A stretch of DNA of 63,850 bases, the filler included, from Olpidium bornovanus S191 (lineage: Eukaryota > Fungi > Olpidiomycota), in NCBI GenBank assembly GCA_017911155.1. It is 30 parts of 30 records of this genome, joined end to end, with 100 filler letters (N's around TTAATTAATTAA, not from the genome) between each part and the next. Parts side by side here need not be neighbours in the genome. Positions count along the whole stretch, not along the records: positions 56,676 to 58,673 come from JAEFCI010007440.1; positions 58,774 to 61,015 come from JAEFCI010005473.1; positions 61,116 to 62,590 come from JAEFCI010001096.1; positions 62,691 to 63,850 come from JAEFCI010010303.1; 26 more parts are not named here. One strand, given 5' to 3'. The notes under the pieces were generated by a model, which saw nothing but the letters and a program-made list of their open reading frames with translations, made no database searches and was not told where the DNA came from. Each line of letters starts with the position of its first letter. Position 1 is the first letter of the stretch. This document shows, in pieces, positions 58,673 to 63,850 of this stretch. The translations under genes and the position numbers were made by a program.

Positions 58673-61211
58673 GNNNNNNNNNNNNNNNNNNNNNNNNNNN
58701 NNNNNNNNNNNNNNNNNTTAATTAATTAANNNNNNNNNNNNNNNNNNNNNNNNNNNNNNNNNNNNNNNNNNNNCCATGGTTCTTCCCGGGACTGCAGCCA
58801 GTGCCGCGGCTCCGGCACTTTGCGGCCACGCTATATTTTCAGCAACAGGCATACGATATACTAATGCATTAGTAATAATTCATCTTTCATCAGTCGCGAG
58901 AATTATTTATCTCTGCTATCAATTCTTTGAATAATACGAACGCGAATTTCACAGTGATTATTGGAGGCAATTCGTTTTTCATAAGCCGCGGCGTGTTTCG
59001 TTTGTTGTTTCATTTCTGTTAATTAATCCTTCTACGTTCTTTCTCGCTCGAGTTTGACCAGGTTTCTCAAGGGCACCGCAGCAAGCGGCGGGGCTGCAGA
59101 CGGTACTGGCACTCTGGCCGTCTGTTCATGCGGCATGAGTTTCGGCCATCTGCTGCCGTTTACGTAAACGCTGTGTGGCCCTCCGGTGAAAACGACTACT
59201 CGGAGGGAAAACGCGTTTTGCGATCCGTTGGGGTGTGAAGCAGTCAGTAGAGTCACGGCGCTGCTGGAATCAGAGGTGGACCATTTTGGGACTCGCCGCC
59301 AAGCTGTATGAGAGCAGTGCACGAGCAGTGCACAAGAGCTACGCGAGCCTCAGATGGGCCGAGAAGGTCGGCGACATTTGGCTGCTTACCCTATTTGTGA
59401 CGCGAGAAAAACGAGACTCGAACGGAGGGGCGGAGGCATGCGCCGCGGCCGGGCGACCAAAAGGCAAGGGCGAGACGAGGGCGAAGGAAGCAGGTGGCGT
59501 CGTTCGAGCAAGGCCAAGAAGGGAAAGGGAGGGGCGGGGACGCGTGTTTCGTTCGGGTAGAGGCGAAAATACCGCAGGAACCGACGCCACAAAATCGAAG
59601 GGGCTAGAATTGGTCGAGGGCTTGCGCGTGACGTCACACAAAAGAAAAGAGAAAAGGGGAAAAATAGGGGGAGAGACGCGCATTCGGATTTCGTTTCCAA
59701 GAACGGCAACTTCAAGCGCGGAGGGGCGGAATGTTTGGACGGGACCAGAAAACAAGCGGAATTGGTTACCGCGCCTGGGCAGAAAGCAAGGTGACGAAGG
59801 GGTGCAGTTCGCACCCGGGAAATTCGGCGAACGAGCATGGGTGTCCGGCGAAATAACGCGTAAAAGGGGGGAAATTAGGCGAGACGCGTCATAGCGGAGC
59901 GTTTCTCCCCCCCACCCCCCTCCAAGGCCCCGAGAACTTATGGCCGCAGAGATTCCTCGCGCGAAGGGAACAGAAACTAAAAAAGGGAGTCCGTGGTACT
60001 ACGAGCTGCCACCGACCTCCAACGGAAGGGAGCAAAGAGAGAGAGAGAGCGAGAAGAGACAGATTGAGTTTCCCTTTTTTCCCGACGAAGCCTCTGACAG
60101 ATACGCCCTGGGGCATTCTGAACTGACTGCCTTCAATCTCTCAGTAATTCGCTCAACAAAGGTCTGTGCGAGCACACTGGCAGCGCTCCGACGAAGAGAG
60201 AGCATGCTAAAGATTTAGTCCAAGGACCCTGTATTCCGAAACCGCCAGGAAAACTGCAGGAATTCGATGAGGCGACGCCGATTCGGAAGGCGCTTCTCCC
60301 AGGTAGCGCCGTCTGCGGCTTGCTGTCCGGCTCCCCGAGCAGCGTTGTGACGCACGTAACGATCTTTGAATCATGAATCGAACGCGACGCGCTGCGCGGG
60401 CGTCAACTGCACAGGCATGCTGGCAACGCAGGGAAGAGACAACAAATGAGCAGAGCGTGACTGTCGCGACCAGCGGGGAAGGCGCGCTCGCCCATCTGGC
60501 GAAGGGCGAACGACTTTGCTTGCGTGGCGTTGGAACGGTGTTCCCGTTGGCGCGTTGACGAGGAACCAAGAGGCTGCGACACGCGCACGGGCGGACGTTC
60601 GCTGGGGGGGGGGGGGAAGGGGGGGGGGGCAGGAGCGCTGCTCTGCCGCTTCGGCGCGAAAAAACCGCGGGAAGTTATGGGGTGCTCTCCTCTCTCCTCT
60701 TTGCTTTTGTGGGGAGCGGCGGGGAGGACGAGGACGCCGCGGGACGAATTTGCAGTGCACCACCATTTCGCAGGGCCGATGACGTAATGCGAAAGAAAAA
60801 AAAATGCAAATATTGACACGAGCTCTCATTTGCAAGGGGGCAAATGTGGGAAAGAAAAGTTAACGCGCGCCAAAACGGGGGGGGGGGGGGTGCTAGTTGT
60901 CAAGAATCGACGAGCAAGCCGAGGAGCGATCGGAGAGCAGGATTCAAGGGGGCAGTGAGCGGCGAATCGAGAAGGAGGAAATTCGGGGGGGGGGGGGGGG
61001 GGGGGAGAGGAAGAGNNNNNNNNNNNNNNNNNNNNNNNNNNNNNNNNNNNNNNNNNNNNTTAATTAATTAANNNNNNNNNNNNNNNNNNNNNNNNNNNNN
61101 NNNNNNNNNNNNNNNCATGACTCCGTTCTGCTGCATTTATTTTCGCCTGCGGGTGGGGGGGCCCTCCGCGAAACCTTTCCTTTTTGCCGTGGCGCTCCCC
61201 GCATTTCCCAG

Positions 61212-61420
61212 CTCTCCGCTACCCGTTTGTGCTCGCATTTGACCAAACGTTCATCGAGGTGCGGCACGTCGAGACGGGCCGGCTGGTCCAGGCGATGGCG
61301 GGAAACAACCTGCGGTGCCTGAACACCGCGGCGGACGCGGTTCACTGCGTGCAGCAGGGCCGCGACGGAGCGGAATTCAAGGAGGTGTTCAAAATCGTCA
61401 GGCAAGAGGTGGCAACATGA
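61212..61420 (+). CDS. Last exon of a CNH-domain protein, Rom1/Rom2-type Rho GEF-like
   Basis: After the acceptor TTCCCAG: ALRYPFVLAFDQTFIEVRHVETGRLVQAMAGNNLRCL...*, matching the C-terminal CNH motif of fungal Rom2 (YPYxLAF...FIEVRHVETGxLxQII.G.NIRCL). Confidence 0.75.
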
Positions 61421-62690
61421 AGTGCTCACGTATATTTTCCACGGAAGAAAACATGTGGTTTTATTGTACATAGCCTTTTATTCGCTCTTCCTGTTGGAAA
61501 GGGGGAGGCATAGTAAAGGGGCACTGCGCACTCTCCGCCCCTGGACCGTAGCTCCCCTTCCCGTACACATATAGAGTAAACAAAAGGCGGCGGAAATACA
61601 GCCCCGGCAGCGCAGAGCTCCTCCGTACCCCGAAAAACCGTCTACGTTCTTCACTTCCTCCCCCCCCCCCTTTTTTTTTACTTGCCTTTTCAATTTTTAG
61701 TTTTCTTGGTTTCGGGTCCAAACGCGCGCGCGTACGGTATTGTATCTCTTTGTCTTTGTTTTGTTCCGCCGTCGCGCCGCCGCCGCGACGCCACGCCATT
61801 TGTTTGTCTCCTCCGCATGTATTCACCCCACCCCTCATTCTGGCATTGCTTTCGCATCAACGTATTTAGCGCCGTGCCGTACCCTATCCGATCGTGCCTT
61901 GATTTTTTTTTTCTTTTCCGTACGTTCGATCGGCCGAGTCCGATTTCCTGCATTTCAGCAGCGTTCTTTGCGGCGCGCGGGCAGTAAAAGTTTGTTCATG
62001 GCAGTGGCAAGCCGAAGCGTCGAATTTGGCGGGTCGTCCCCAAATTCAGGGCCATCTGTCGGTAAAATAAAACGCGTCTGTGCTAACGCCGGGATGCATA
62101 ACGGGGTTTTGTGGAAATAACAATATATTTCTTGCACGAATCAAAATTTCGCGTGACCGTCAAAAACCGCGGGCGGGACGACAGCAGTTGTCCCCCGTCT
62201 TCGCCGCGAAATTTTTTTCGATCCTCCAAAACTTCACGTACGGGCGTAGCATTGTCCTTTGTTTTTCACGCCACAACCCCATTTCAGGAAGCGCGGGCGG
62301 CGTTCGGCAAACGTTTCGCCGGACCGAACTGTGAACGCAGCGAAACAATTCGGCCCTGTTGACGAAACGTGGCCGTTGTCACGCGCATAATCATTTTTCA
62401 AGATTCTTACTTCGGCGGGCGTTTTCCCGGAACCTTGAACGGTACGCGTGGCACCCTCTGCCCACTGCGACGCCTTGCGGAATCCCCCGAAAAACTAATG
62501 CGGAAGTCCCCGTAAATGCTTCAGGGGCGGACAGAGCAAGCACTTGGCCGTTATTACAAAGAATCTTGTAATCCTTCGGTATGCTGCATGNNNNNNNNNN
62601 NNNNNNNNNNNNNNNNNNNNNNNNNNNNNNNNNNTTAATTAATTAANNNNNNNNNNNNNNNNNNNNNNNNNNNNNNNNNNNNNNNNNNNN

Positions 62691-63680
62691 CGCGAGACGC
62701 CGGATTCGCTCTTCACGTTCAAGCTGTACAGGCCCTTCCTGAGTGTTCTCGGTGAGAGACCCGTGAGGGAGGGAGAGGTGGGGACGTGGGGAGGACGGGG
62801 TGGGAGAGGGGTGGAAAGAGGGTGCGAAACCGGAATAAAGGGCCGGGGTGTGGGGGAGGGGGGGGGGTCGGGAAAAAATATATATAATCAAAAACTGAAA
62901 AAAAAATTCGTGAATTCGTCCCCCTCATTTCTTCCCTCCACGCGCGCGCGAGGGAGAGGGAGGGGGGCGGGAAAAGCACTCAACCGTGTTTGCTTTCTTT
63001 TTTTTTCTTTCCTTTTTTTCTTTCTTTTATTCATTCTGTTTTAAGACATCAAGGACCCCGCCAAGCGCAAGCGGGCGTACCGGTGCCTGCTTGTTTTGAT
63101 CCCGCGGCACAACCGCGAAGTCGCGCGCCGGATTTTCACGATGCTGGCACGCATCACCGAGAACAAGCACATGAACCTGATGAACGCGCACAACCTCGGG
63201 GTGTGCGTCGGGCCTAACCTGCTGCGGGATAAGCCGGGAAAGCCAAAGATGTCGGACATCGCCGACGCGGAAAAGGTCGTCCGGGTGGTTGAAGAGATGA
63301 TTGAAATCGGCCCGAGCCTCTTCGAGGTGAGAAGGAGCGGCGGGATGTTTTTTTTTTTTGTTTTCGTTTTTCCGCCTGCCCCTGCTGCGAATTTTGTTTC
63401 CTTCTAGTTTTTTTTTGAAATTATTTGGGCAAGCGACGGCGGGAGAAAGGGGGGGGAAGGGGAGGGAAAGAAAGAAAGAAAGGAAGAAAGCGCCCCTGTT
63501 TTGTTTCCTTCGATATCTGATTCGCCCGGGATGGGATTTTCGTATCCGCAAAATTAATCACCACAGGTTCCGGAAGAGTCTCCTCTGGTTCTTCCCCAGC
63601 GGTCTCCAAGGTCGCTGTCCGCCATCGTCTTCGGCAGGTCCAAAAAGTTGTTGAACTTGTTCAGGCGACGTTCGGTCTGA
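62691..63680 (+). CDS. RhoGAP-domain protein, 3' exons
   Basis: Exons 62691-62751, 63046-63326 and 63567-63680 in phase: RETPDSLFTFKLY...LIPRHNREVARRIFTMLARITENKHMNLMNAHNLGVCVGPNLLR...VVEEMIE..LFE. Confidence 0.9.
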
Positions 63681-63850
63681 AGAAAGCGGGCAAAAAATCC
63701 GGGCATCAACAAAATCAGGGGCTCAAAAATCTCCAATCACCTAAATGTCGGGCGGACGGATCAATCGTACGCGCATTTTTGTCCTAAATCATTCTGCTAT
63801 GCTTGAAGCATTTTTGCCACACGTCTGGTCCCCCACGATAAGAGAATGCC

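Noticed and set aside
59155-59200. VVFTGGPHSVY on minus, resembling the GMP-synthase glutaminase motif SGGPxSVY
   Set aside because: The neighbouring exons expected for that family (LDFGSQY, GICYG) are not found, so the short match may be chance.
59900-60850. Short protein-like stretches on minus (ATWEKRLPNRRRLIEFLQF; SVLAQTFVERITERLKA)
   Set aside because: May be exons of an unknown gene, but no consistent splice chain or family could be supported.
61116-63850. Rom2-like Rho GEF exon next to a RhoGAP gene
   Set aside because: Different contigs joined by a spacer, so the adjacency is not biological evidence.

Overview
This is not one continuous locus. It is 30 short contigs (about 1.0-4.2 kb each) joined by an artificial 100-bp spacer (44 N + TTAATTAATTAA + 44 N), so gene neighbourhood across spacers means nothing. 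The DNA is from a GC-rich, intron-rich eukaryote with short GT-AG introns and long poly-C/G and poly-A/T runs. Fungal-type genes (GAPDH, RSN1/CSC1-type channel, Rom2-type CNH exon, fungal PUF, ALG1, ALG13) occur together with the IFT dynein-2 heavy chain and CARM1/PRMT4. This points to a flagellated, early-diverging (zoosporic) fungus; an Olpidium-like organism is my unverified guess. Complete or near-complete genes: ZNF830-like, mitochondrial uS19, GAPDH, an IPNS-like 2OG-Fe(II) dioxygenase, a UBE2S-like E2, and an orphan 175-aa secreted protein with three 4-Cys modules. Partial genes: PAS-containing hybrid histidine kinase, Ser/Thr-rich adhesin-like protein, secreted VWA protein, PUS10, proteasome alpha7, PUF protein, RhoGAP. 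There are decayed Ty1/copia and Ty3/gypsy relics, one with a nested solo LTR and one split by a fold-back 70-bp repeat array. I do not see a multi-gene novel system. The best leads are the tri-modular Cys-rich secreted protein, a 2H-phosphoesterase candidate whose ATG overlaps the uS19m ATG head-to-head on one CATG, the fold-back insertion, and an acidic 12-bp-repeat exon candidate. Contig ends are strongly enriched for CATG (NlaIII site), so library-derived chimeras must be excluded before trusting unusual junctions.
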